Shown here: positions 39,826-51,855 of the stretch, in pieces
Position numbering within the stretch: the first letter of the stretch is position 1
Layout: each line of letters starts with the position of its first letter
Source of the DNA: Tubiluchus corallicola
Taxonomy: Eukaryota > Animalia > Priapulida
Direction: 5' to 3'
NCBI GenBank assembly: GCA_030141605.1
Contig: JAQGDQ010000919.1
Location: forward strand, 1 to 64,000
Length of the DNA stretch: 64,000 nt
Notes under the pieces: generated by a model
Told to the model about the DNA's origin: nothing
Database searches by the model: none
What the model saw: the letters and a program-made list of their open reading frames with translations, nothing else
Position numbers and translations under genes: made by a program

Positions 39826-39996
39826 TATCGTTTCATTTTGATTTCAACATGTTGAAACTTTGTCGTGCGTTTCAGACATTCTTTGATCATATTTTTCTAC
39901 ACTATCTGTCTCGTGTGTATATTTTGGAAATGCACAAGTGCTCTACAGTCACGTTAATCTGAACAATAATTATTGTATGACTTGAATGGTATACAT

Positions 39997-40392
39997 GAGG
40001 GGTATGCAAATTACCTGACTAGCCGGGCCACATTAAGCATTCCCGCAATTCCTGTGGGCCACATGCAGTTTGGTCAAGGAGTCAAGTAACCAAGTAGGAC
40101 CTAATAACGATTTTTTTGCATCCAATTTGCGCACATCATTACTATTGCACTACTACAGTCCAGAAACTATTTTAAAAATTATTAAAATTTATATTAAAAA
40201 CCATATATTTCGTCATGTCCGACAGTGACATTAAGTGACAACGGTCTCGTAAGGTTTAATGCCATCTGATTTAGAGGAAAAAACTACCCGCACTGTCTTT
40301 GCGATATTGGCGCAGACTTCAGCTGCATCGCATGGGCCGCACTTTTGTTACGTTGACAAACCTCTTCGCGGGCCGCAGTTTGCACACCCCTG
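39997..40392. mobile_element. hAT-like MITE family A, older copy
   Basis: GAGGGGTATGCAAATT...TTTGCACACCCCTG; TSD GTATACAT/ATATACAT. Confidence 0.85.
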
Positions 40393-40659
40393 ATATACAT
40401 GGATGATGACTTGATCTCAGCTCTTCGTACAAAACATGGGTGTGTAGTAGAGATGGGATGGATCCGCCTTTTCTGGAGCCAAAGTGTTTCCAGGATTGTG
40501 GGGTCCAATTGTGCCGAATGTGTTCCTATCTGGATCCCACTCCCTCTGAAAATTGAAACTTGCTGGTACTCATTCTTGTGCACTGACAGCTGGACATCTT
40601 TGTGTGCTTCTGTATTGCATCTGTGTAATAAATGAATTTATATTTCGTAAATTTGTCAA

Positions 40660-41035
40660 GGTGATCTTCAGTTCCAGATGTAGCACCTGCCGGCGTCGGT
40701 GATATTCCGTTCCAGATGTAGCACCTGCCGGCATCGGTGATATTCAGTTTCAGATGTAGCACCTGCCGGCGTCGGTGATCTTCAGTTTCAGATGTAGCAC
40801 CTGCCGGCGTCGGTGATCTTCAGTTCCAGATGTAGCACCTGCCGGCGTCGGTGATCTTCAGTTCCAGATGTAGCACCTGCCGGCATCGGTGATCTTCAGT
40901 TCCAGATGTAGCACCTGCCGGCGTCGGTGATCTTCAGTTCCAGATGTAGCACCTGCCGGCGTCGGTGATCTTCAGTTCCAGATGTAGCACCTGCCGGCAT
41001 CGGTGATCTTCAGTTCCAGATGTAGCACCTGCCGG
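40660..41035. repeat. 38-bp minisatellite, about 10 copies
   Basis: Unit GTGATCTTCAGTTCCAGATGTAGCACCTGCCGGCGTCG. Confidence 0.97.
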
Positions 41036-43333
41036 AGACTAACTTTTGTGCTTTTCAACAATTTGTGATTTTGCGTTATTGTGTAATAATGATGACAAGA
41101 AGTGGACTCTTTTTAGTTAAAAGTTTTTTCTTTTAAATCTTTTGTATTCAGTTACTTAAGTAGGATAAAGCTACAGAAAAAATGTTAGTGTTGTATTATT
41201 AATTTCATACCGAGTAATTTTGGGCTGTGTGTAATTTACTGTAACTTGGCCTTGATCGCGGCATGTTGATTTGGCAGTAGTTCATAGGAAGGAGTTTAAA
41301 CTCAGCTTATAAAGTTGTGTTGATCTGGGAAAAATCCCTGTGTTTTACAAATGTATTAAAATGTGGTTACTGTGCAGTTTTAATGTGTCTAATATGTTGC
41401 TGGTACATTCATATCTCAGTTTGCCAGACAAAAGCGGGGAGACGTCTGTCCGAATTTGCCGATTGTCCGTATTTATCGATACTAAGCTAATATAAGCAGG
41501 CGCCATGTATTAGACTCACGGTAATGTACAATCAATCACCTAATTGTCTCAAAAACATCTAGTATGGGCTACTTGTATGCAAAAGTATATAAAAACTCAT
41601 GGCAATTGACTCAAGTAACTCTGCATAATTGATTGTGAACCAATTACATGTGCTGATTAAACCACTAAACACGCTGACATACAAGCTACGCACTTATCGT
41701 TACATGCTGTTCGGATGTAAACAAAGTGATGCAACGCCTGCTAGCAGTCTGTGTTCGTAGTATGCAGGACCAGATTTTGTTCGAATTTCCCGATATTGAT
41801 GAAAACGAGATATGAACATACTGTGTTTTGTATTGAGCAGGTGACTTTGTGTGTGAGTGGTCGTACTACGTGTGTGTGTGCGTGCGTACGTGTGTGTGTA
41901 CGTGTGCGCGTGCGATGTTGTCATTTTTCACCTCTTCCTGCTTGTTTATAAATTTTGAAGTATAAAAATGCTCTAAAAGTGCATTCAGTGTGTTTGCTAA
42001 CAGTCAGTTTCACCAAAGCGTGATGATAATTATTTGATTATAATTTTGATTAAAGGAAAACCATACCAAATCTGAAACTGTACTTCAAACTGATCTAACC
42101 TATAAAATATTGAAAGACAATATATTCATACTTAAGAATGACTTATGTGAAACCGCAGAAACTTAATTTTGTGTTTGCACGGCTAATTTTTTGTTGTTAC
42201 ACATAGTTTGCCATTCAATAAACAGGTACTAGTGCAGGGGTTAAAATGTCTACTTTTTGCCATACTTCTGTATGGGGTAGGATATGAAAAATCATCCTGT
42301 TTTTCTTTAGTGAAATTCTGTGGAAGTTCACTACAATGTCACCTTTATCAGAAAAAAATATGAGTTGCATTTTTTATAAGTTTCATGTAACTAGAGCACA
42401 ATGCCATATTGTCATTATCGGTAAATGAAAAAAAATTTTGTCTCGTGTCTTGTCAGTTGACATGCTCAGATTTTAATGATTTTAATAAAATATTTGTATA
42501 AAGTATGAGCTAGCTGTGAAAATTAAATAAATTTTGCTAAAAAATAATTTTATACTCGTATTATTTTGTTTAGCAGCTAATATTTTGTAGCAATATTAAT
42601 AAAATTTGTATAGTGAATTAGTGTAGACAATCATTGCTGTAGGTATGATTGTTCTGATTACTTGTATGAAAAATTTTGATACTTTTCTGCATCGGCGTGC
42701 AGGTAGCAGCACAAGCGCGGCGTCGGGCAATTTTGAATACGTTTACTTTGCTCATTTTCTATTCGCTAGAGAACGCCACCTTCGTTTCGTGGCTGTGAAA
42801 TAAAAATATGAAGTTGTGTTTACTGTCTGGCGAGTCAGTGTTCTTCTTGTTTGAGATAATTGACACTTGTCTGGTTCTGATGTGGCTGCGATTTACAACA
42901 GGAAAAGTAGAACGGTCGTGTTAACATTACAGTGTTTATGCTGCTAAATAAAAGTGTTTTTATTGATATGATGATAAAGTAAATAGGTGCATGTCGTGTA
43001 TAGCTCGTCAATGTGATTACATTTTTAATTCCAGGAATTTGTTGATTATTGTAAGACTCGTGACTGTACCTAACTCATTGTGGTTATACTGTAAGTGAGA
43101 CCACCGATCTCATTTAATCAACTACTGAACGTATAATACTAAATAAGCTATTCTGTCACACAGTGTCACTATTAGTATTATAAGTATATTCTATTAATTT
43201 AACGTCTACTGTAAGTTACTACTAACTGGAAAAGCTGTTTTGAATTACGAACAAAATGACGAAAGCGAGTATGTAGGCCTACACAAGACAGAGACAATAT
43301 CGTAGAGGTGATTACATTGTTAAATTTATAGCA

Positions 43334-44002
43334 ATGGCCGGTAGCTCTAGTGGGGACAACTTTCGACATGGGACATGTGATCCTGGCAATGTGTGGCGTG
43401 ATTTTTGCGACCGGCATGCACGGGCAGCTGCAGTGGAATTTGCTCGTAATTTTCGCGTCTTTGTCACCGAACATCACACTTATGCAACTGCGGCTGCGAG
43501 AAGAGAATTTGCAGAAAGATACGTTCAACAGTTCATGGAGAGCTTTATGAATGGATGCGAATCAAATGACAGACCGGGCACCATCGGCAGAGGTTCGCGA
43601 CCAACTTCACTACAAATTGCTGCTAATAGGTTATCTCGGAGTTTGACTACAGACGATTCTCCGGATAACTTCTCCGGCTGCTCTGAGCCCGAAAGCGAGT
43701 CTCCCAAAGTGCGAAAGCCTTTTCTTAGGAGGCTTTCTTTCAAAAACATAAATAGGGTGAGGGGAATATTCCAGAAACAGCATTCGGACGAGGTACGGTT
43801 GTCGTCCAGCGACTACGACAAACCCAATAAGAAATTACTGAAACGAAAAACAAGTAAAATTTTCGTCGAAGTCAAACGTGAGGGAATAGTGAACTATCTA
43901 AGCGGTGAAGATGTTTCTGGAAAAGCTAGATGGGAAAAGTGCCGGCTTATGTTAGTAAAAACTGCTGGTGGATACATGCTTGAGTTTTATGCACCGCCAA
44001 AG
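43334..44002 (+). CDS. SH2B: SH2B-family adaptor (SH2B1/2/3, Lnk) first coding exon: Phe-zipper dimerisation domain and the start of the PH domain
   Basis: WRDFCDRHARAAAVEFARNF...F (Phe zipper) and REGIVNYL...WEKCRLMLVK...LEFYAPPK (PH); donor AAG|gtattt at 44002; 223 codons. Confidence 0.92.
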
Positions 44003-44100
44003 GTATTTATAGTTAGTATTTTATATTTATTGTATAGCATATAAAAGTCACATAGCACAAACCATATGCTGAATTGCACTTTCAGAGCATTTCACTGTAA

Positions 44101-44606
44101 CTTCTTCGTCTTCCCAGCTTTTCCCTATTCGGGTTCGCCGTTGTGAATGAGTCTTCTCCACGCATTCCTGTTGTTGACCATCTCTTCATTTATGTCTTCC
44201 CTTCCCACATGATCTTCACCGACTCTTCTTTTCAGCTGTCCACACCATTGCAATCTTGCGAGGCTTCCACTACTTTTACCGTTCCTCTGATATTATTATT
44301 TCTAATTTTATCTCTTCTTGTTATTCCCACCATCCATCTCAACATGCTCATCTCCACCACACCCATTTTCTTCTCTTCGGTCTTCTTTAGAGAAGCTGCT
44401 TCCAGCCCATAGATTAGAGCGGGTCTGACCACTTCTTTGTGGACTTTCCCTTTAAGTCTCACCGACTCATTCATAGAAGGTTTTGGCACAGTTTTTATAG
44501 GCGGATGCCCTTCCTGACCCTAACCCTCCCTATTTATCCGGGCTTGGGACCGGCACTGAGCTGGGCTGGCTTGCCTCCCCCCCCCCCCCCCCCCAGTGGC
44601 TAGGTT
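44101..44606 (-). mobile_element. Internally deleted, non-autonomous RTE-clade retroelement
   Basis: VRLKGKVHKEVVRPALIYGLEA...EMSMLRWMVGITRRDKIRN; (GAA)n tail; 17-bp TSD AGAGCATTTCACTGTAA/AGAGCAGTTCACTGAAA. Confidence 0.88.
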
Positions 44607-45311
44607 AGAGCAGTTCACTGAAACTAATATTTGTTTAAGCCAACATTCTCAAATCTTCAATCGTTAATGTCACTCAATTACACATATTATATTACCATAG
44701 TTAAAACTGTGTGTAGCTGTGCTGTCAGATGACTATAATGCTTTCACGCGAACCTGGTCAGTGGCGAAATTAAACCAAAGTCTTGACGGCTATTAAAGCA
44801 CAAATATCCATGTATTTTGTTCACAGTTTTAGCATGGCGTAGGCACTGCCTGTGACATTGTCACGGCATTTGGTTTTTGTGTTTAAAGGCAACTTTGAGA
44901 TTAAGCAGTAGTAATACATTAAGTATCTAGTACTTTGAAAATTTTTGTATAATGTTATACATACGGTCTAATTTAATTTCGAGTTTCGTTTCTTGGCTTT
45001 ATCTATCCAGATGGAGGTTGCCAAAGATTCCGTAGATGCTTATGTAGAAGCAGAGATAGGCAACTATTAAAGGCGGTACAGGGTGATAAGAAAAAATAAG
45101 TTAGTGTTGTTCTGAGACTTGCCATGGTCGTAAAGAAGACAAAATGCCTTTTAAGTCTCAAAAATTTTTGCTATAAATCGCCAGCTAAATATGGACAAGA
45201 GTCTTGCTAACACAGATACGGGTGTCTCCTGGGGTACCAGTAAGATAAAATCCTTGCTAGAATGCAAGAGCAAAAAGAATTTTTATTAATTGTGTTGGTG
45301 TTAATGCTTAA

Positions 45312-45769
45312 CCCTTTAATACCCGTTGTATCCCGTGGGATACGAGAATATTTTCTGCCTTTAAAAGTAATCAAATTTTAAAACTGACAGTTATTTGATC
45401 TGTTAATAGTTATTTTGATTTAAGCCAATAACAATAGACTAAAAATGGTGATAAAATGGCAAATTAAAAAATTTACATAGCATAAAAAAACTGTGCAAGG
45501 TACAGTACTTTAGAGACGACTTTGTACAGATCAGCATAGCGTGCATACTAAATGTCTTAAATACTTTAAAAAATTATCAACAGTTGCAAAATGAGGCACA
45601 TTTTATGTTTCCATTGAATCCCAATGTATCCCGTGGGATACAGGCTATATTTAGCACGCGGGCACGGGTAGAAAAAAATAATTATTATGTGTAAACAAGA
45701 TGGACATACTGAACAAAAGTACCAAGCCAAAATTTTTTTCTTATTAAAAATAATTTGGGATTGAAAGGG
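45312..45769. mobile_element. piggyBac-like MITE family P1
   Basis: TTAA|CCCTTT...AAAGGG|TTAA; matches 1827-2284. Confidence 0.9.
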
Positions 45770-46124
45770 TTAAAGGTCAGTAAACATAAATATGGTTTTT
45801 CATGCACAGAACACCATTGTTTTGAATGATTTTCCATAAATTTAAATGAAATTGTCGTGCTGCTTGCATTATCTGTGTCACAGTAAGGTAGTGGGCAAAT
45901 ATTTTTCACGTGGCATTGACAAGATTTTGGTAAACAAGATCATATTTGCTGATTGATGACTGATTATTGAATCAGCGTGGTGTACTACATTTCAATGACA
46001 AGCAGTAAGAGTCAGCAGTTTGTGGGTAAAGGTAATGTAAGGATAACTTCTGACTGATATGATTCACAGCACTTGATGCTTGGTGAACTGAGATAAGTTA
46101 GTTATATATTTCCACTCTGCATCT

Positions 46125-46390
46125 TATAATAAAAATACAGATAATTTCACTGAAGTAAATATAAATGCAATATAATCCAGAAATTACAAAAGAGATTCTT
46201 ATGCAGCATACACATGTGCAAATTACATTACAGAATGATTTTGATGCATACAGTTTGAGCCTAAAAGCATAGCTTGACAGGCCAAACTGTACGTGGCAAT
46301 CTTAAAGAAGTGATTAATAATTGAGATAATGATAATATATACACAGATGTGGGGAGAGTAGTGAACAAAAGACGAAATGGGGCGAGAGCT
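46125..46390 (-). mobile_element. Probable LINE 3' UTR fragment
   Basis: Matches 12905-13170. Confidence 0.55.
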
Positions 46391-46539
46391 GTTTCCTGTA
46401 TAGAAGTACTTCAAAATTTGTATTATCACTTAAACCGCATGACATTTTAGCAAATCAACATACTGAACAATGTTTGTTGTCCCTCTTTCAGCTACTGTAT
46501 TCCTTGTTTATCAGTTATGACGATACGTGACTTCGTGGT

Positions 46540-46937
46540 TAGGGGTGAGCATTCTCTACCAGAAAGCGAATTCGAATCGAACCGAATTTGTGACTTTCGA
46601 ATTCGAATCGAACCGAAATTCAGTGTTTCGAATTCAAACCGAATTCGAATTGAGTTTGAAAGATTTTCGAACCACCAGTAAAAATTAGTCTTACAAAGAT
46701 CATGCATATCACTAGATTTTGTTCTGCAATAAAACGACTAGTCATTTGTTTAAAATTGTGCACAGAAATCACTGCTAAATTATGCTAATTACACGTTGTT
46801 TCAGTGTATAAGTGATAAAGAACATATGTGATTGAAGTGCTGAATTATTCGAATCTGTAGTTTTGGATTCGAATCGAGTTCGAACTAAAAAACTCGTTCG
46901 AATCGAATTCGATTCGGACGTTCGATGCTCACCCCTA
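46540..46937. mobile_element. hAT-like MITE with TTCGAA subterminal repeats
   Basis: TIR TAGGGGTGAGCAT...ATGCTCACCCCTA; 8-bp flanks TTCGTGGT/TTCATGAT. Confidence 0.85.
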
Positions 46938-47169
46938 TTCATGATGCTTTAATAATGTAACAAAATCAGATTTTTCGTAACAGCTGTGGACACTTGCTCA
47001 CAAACTTCATTCAGCAACTTTCTACAGTCGTAAGCTTAAAATTAATTAACCTTTTTGTTATTAATTTGTTATTAACTTTATTAATAAATAAAAAATTAGA
47101 GGTATAAAAGTTTTGGCGATAAACTGAATTACGGAGATTCTAATAAAATGTGATTTTTGGTTTACGAAT

Positions 47170-50100
47170 CGAAGCGGCACGCCACATACAGTTATTGTTT
47201 TTGCTTGCCTAACATCCGGAATTGGAATAGCTATCAAGATTGCTGGTTTTGCCAGTAGCACGTTGCTGTGATGTTATTGTTGTGACTTTGTCTGTTCTCA
47301 CATCTTTTTGTTGTGGGTGGATCAGATGGTTTCCTGTCTCAGCTGGAGGGCCGGATGGCTCGGCTTATACGTGTTCAAAGCAAAGCTTGCATTTGGTCTG
47401 ACTCAATGGGCAGTGTCCGTTTTGAACAGACCCTAGTCTAACTTGCATTATAACAGAATTTATTTCATGTCTCGTTTCTAGTTTGGAGTATGAACTTGGT
47501 GGTCGACTCTCAAGGGGCAGTGTCCGTTTTGAACAGACCCTAGTCTAACTTGCATTATAACAGAATTTATTTCATGTCTCGTTTCTAGTTTGGAGTATGA
47601 ACTTGGTGGTCGACCCTCAAGGGGCAGTGTCCGTCTTGAACAGACCCTAGTCTAACTTGCATTATAACAGAATTTATTTCATGTCTCGTTTCTAGTTTGG
47701 AGTATGAACTTGGTGGTCGACCCTCAAGGGGCAGTGTCCGTCTTGAACAGACCCTAGTCCAACTTGCATTATAACAGAATTTATTTGATATCTCGTTTCT
47801 AGTTTGTAGTATGAACTTGGTGGTCGACCCTCAAGGGGCAGTGTCCGTCTTGAACAGACCCTAGTCTAACTTGCATTACAACAGAATTTATTTCATGTCT
47901 CGTTTCTAGTTTGGAGTATGAACTTGGTGGTCGACCCTCAAGGGGCAGTGTCCGTCTTGAACAGACCCTAGTCCAACTTGCATTATAACAGAATTTATTT
48001 GATATCTCGTTTCTAGTTTGGAGTATGAACTTGGTGGTCGACTCTCAAGGGGCAGTGTCCGTCTTGAACAGACCCTAGTCTAACTTGCATTATAACAGAA
48101 TTTATTTCATGTCTCGTTTCTAGTTTGGAGTATGAACTTGGTGGTCGATCCTCAAGGGGCAGTGTCCGTCTTGAACAGACCCTAGTCTAACTTGCATTAC
48201 AACAGAATTTATTTGATGTCTCGTTTCTAGTTTGGAGTATGAACTTGGTGGTCGACCCTCAAGGGACAGTGTCCGTCTTGAACAGGCCCTAGTCTAACTT
48301 GCATTATAACAGAATTTATTTCATGTCTCGTTTCTAGTTTGGAGTATGAACTTGGTGGTCGACCCTCAAGGGGCAGTGTCCGTCTTGAACAGACCCTAGT
48401 CTAACTTGCATTATAACAGAATTTATTTCATGTCTCGTTTCTAGTTTGGAGTATGAACTTGGTGGTCGACCCTCAAGGGGCAGTGTCCGTCTTGAACAGA
48501 CCCTAGTCCAACTTGCATTATAACAGAATTTATTTGATATCTCGTTTCTAGTTTGGAGTATGAACTTGGTGGTCGACCCTCAAGGGGCAGTGTCCGTCTT
48601 GAACAGACCCTAGTCTAACTTGCATTATAACAGAATTTATTTCATGTCTCGTTTCTAGTTTGGAGTATGAACTTGGTGGTCGACCCTCAAGGGGCAGTGT
48701 CCGTCTTGAACAGACCCTAGTCTAACTTGCATTATAACAGAATTTATTTCATGTCTCGTTTCTAGTTTGGAGTATGAACTTGGTGGTCGACCCTCAAGGG
48801 GCAGTGTCCGTCTTGAACAGACCCTAGTCCAACTTGCATTATAACAGAATTTATTTCATGTCTCGTTTCTAGTTTGGAGTATGAACTTGGTGGTCGACTC
48901 TCAAGGGGCAGTGTCCGTCTTGAACAGGCCCTAGTCTAACTTGCATTATAACAGAATTTATTTCATGTCTCGTTTCTAGTTTGGAGTATGAACTTGGTGG
49001 TCGACCCTCAAGGGGCAGTGTCCGTCTTGAACAGACCCTAGTCTAACTTGCATTATAACAGAATTTATTTCATGTCTCGTTTCTAGTTTGGAGTATGAAC
49101 TTGGTGGTCGACTCTCAAGGGGCAGTGTCCGTCTTGAACAGACCCTAGTCTAACGTGCATTATAACAGAATTTATTTGATGTCTCGTTTCTAGTTTGTAG
49201 TATGAACTTGGTGGTCGACCCTCAAGGGGCAGTGTCCGTCTTGAACAGACCCTAGTCTAACTTGCATTATAACAGAATTTATTTCATGTCTCGTTTCTAG
49301 TTTGTAGTATGAACTTGGTGGTCGACTCTCAAGGGGCAGTGTCCGTCTTGAACAGACCCTAGTCCAACTTGCATTATAACAGAATTTATTTCATGTCTCG
49401 TTTCTAGTTTGGAGTATGAACTTGGTGGTCGACCCTCAAGGGGCAGTGTCCGTCTTGAACAGACCCTAGTCCAACTTGCATTATAACAGAATTTATTTGA
49501 TGTCTCGTTTCTAGTTTGGAGTATGAACTTGGTGGTCGACCCTCAAGGGGCAGTGTCCGTCTTGAACAGACCCTAGTCTAACTTGCATTATAACAGAATT
49601 TATTTCATGTCTCGTTTCTAGTTTGGAGTATGAACTTGGTGGTCGACTCTCAAGGGGCAGTGTCCGTCTTGAACAGACCCTAGTCCAACTTGCATTATAA
49701 CAGAATTTATTTCATGTCTCGTTTCTAGTTTGGAGTATGAACTTGCTGGTCGACCAATCCGCCAGCATATCTTCAGTAAGCTATATGTCAAGAACAGGTG
49801 ACGGGCTTCTGTTTTACTAATCACAAGTCTGTATCAAATTGGAAATAAATTAGTAGGTGAAGCGATGTATGTCTTGTTTGCTTCTGCGATTTGTACGCAA
49901 AAAGGGCTTTGCTACGGGTCTTTGGTTTATGAAGTAAACAGCAGATCTGGACTCGCAGGTACAAAGATTAGGACCTGTCTTCAACAGTATAACGTGGGTA
50001 TTATTTAACGTGGATATTTTATTACCATAAACTCAATGAAGTACTTAAGAAATGATGTCGTTCCCATCACAGTAGGTGTAAGATGTGATACCTCTATATT

Positions 50101-51450
50101 TCGAATCTGTTTTGTTATTGTCGGTCATATTGTCGTTGAGGTAGCCTGCGGTCGTCTACCATAGTCTTCCAAGTTGGTCTTGTTTGGAGGTACTGCGACT
50201 ACGAACTCCTGTGTAAAAGGAAACTCAGTCTCGGAAGTACTAGATCTGATATTTGTGCTTAATATTATATTTAGAATACATAATAATAATGTGACTGTGT
50301 TTGACGAGGACTAACAGTGTAAAATTCTAAATCGTTGTTCACTTGTTTATTTCATTCCCGTGAGTGGGGTACGGTTTCTGTGTTTTCCCGCTATTTGAGT
50401 GCAACGTCCTACTAGAGTTGTATTGGCGGTACTAGACAAGGCTTGGCAAGGGTACAATGCCCCAATTTTAACCAGACTGGTATAATGGCCGTCCGCTCAA
50501 GCGTAGCCATTCACCAGACGAGATCTCAGTCATTCATGTTTTGAGAGCATGTCAGTGGAATGTTACCGGCGTGTGATTCAATAAAGTCTCATTGAAATGA
50601 AATCAACTGTGAGTGTGGGAAATGGGAAATGATGCTAGCGCGCGCTCTGGTGGTGTTGGGTTGCCGAAGCCTTTTGTTCTTTTGTGTGCGTTGAAGTCTG
50701 TGACTTTTGGCCTGGCCTGTTAGTGCAATTATTTAAAGAGCCTTGGCGAAAGTTCAAATTTTGCCACTAGGGCGGCGTTGTGTTGGAGGTGGCATATGGC
50801 TACGTGTGTCGAGACACCGAGTTAATTATTACTGTAAGGCTGTAATTGTCGAACGTGCTTGACTGGTGACATTTGTTTCACCTTGTAATTATATTATCTT
50901 CTGTTGCTATGGAAGTCTGCCACTTCTTTAAGAGACCGTTGCTGAAGCCCTTAGGGGAGGATATCATTAACTAAGCTGGGTGGTTTAGTTTCTGCTTGAA
51001 TAAGTAAATGCAGTCGGGCAATTCCTTGCTATTAGAACATCTCCAGATTTGTCTTAGCCAGTTTTCTGTCTGCTTTTGTTGCGCTCTGCATGCTGGAATC
51101 TAGATGGGTGTAGTGAGACCGGTACCCAGCATCTATTAAGAGTAGGTGAATAGTTGTAGGGTTTGTAGTTGTAGCCGTAGGGTTTTCTGTAATGAGGTAA
51201 ATAGGCAAGGTCACCGTGGCAGATAAAACCACTTCGAAGCACTTTTCCTAGCAGTTATCCATCCATTTACTTCGAATAGGTTCAGTATTGCTTAACTTTG
51301 ATTGCTGAGCGTATGTACCACGCGTTTAGCAAGTTTAGATATCCGTTGAAGACATGTAGGCAGGTGTCCTAGGATTAACTAAAACAGTATCATAATTGCC
51401 AGCCGTTTGAAAATTGTATGGAGCGAAGAATAATTATGCACCACATGTGT
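47170..51450 (-). mobile_element. Possible heavily decayed retrotransposon relic hosting the 107-bp array
   Basis: Broken motifs read by eye: OTU-like W...LS...PIYL...IHL...HY (51100-51320); APE-like DFI..NETLL (about 50590), VLDI and SDH-like (49740-49800). Many stops and frameshifts. Confidence 0.35.
47408..49755. repeat. 107-bp tandem array, about 22 highly similar copies
   Basis: GGGCAGTGTCCGTCTTGAACAGACCC... recurs every 107 bp (47408, 47515 and onward). Confidence 0.98.
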
Positions 51451-51579
51451 TAACTTGTGTTACGTGACAGACAGATAGCCAGATAGACAGACGACTTGAC
51501 TAAACTAATTAGCGCATGGGCTAGTACAGGTTGAAGAGCTTTGAGATTTGTCTTAAGGAGAAGCAAAATGCAGGCTTGC

Positions 51580-51733
51580 TCACTGTTGTTGTTGCTGCTG
51601 CTACTGTTTTCCTGCTATTTGCTGTTGTTGTTGCTGCTGCTGCTACTGTTTTCCTGCTATTTTCTGTTATTGTTGTTGTTGTTGGTGGTGGTGGTGGTGT
51701 TGCTGCTGCTGCTACTGTTTTCCTGCTATTTTC

Positions 51734-51764
<31 letters not shown>

Positions 51765-51855
51765 GCTGCTGCTGCTGCTACTGTTTTCCTGCTATTTTCT
51801 GTTGTTGTTGTTGTTGTTGCTGCTGCTGCTGCTACTGTTTTCCTGCTATTTTCAG
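51580..51855. repeat. Compound (GTT/GCT)n repeat with a GCTACTGTTTTCCTGCTATTT spacer
   Basis: Five units visible. Confidence 0.93.

Noticed and set aside
42690-43100. SH2B promoter or 5' UTR exon in the locally CpG-richer patch
   Set aside because: Plausible by position, but no definable TSS or splice pair could be supported from sequence alone.
44003-44044. The last 13 residues of the 236-aa ORF and its stop, as a single-exon protein
   Set aside because: Similarity to SH2B ends at PPK, where a GT donor lies; the PH domain is incomplete and the SH2 domain is missing, so the tail is intron read-through.
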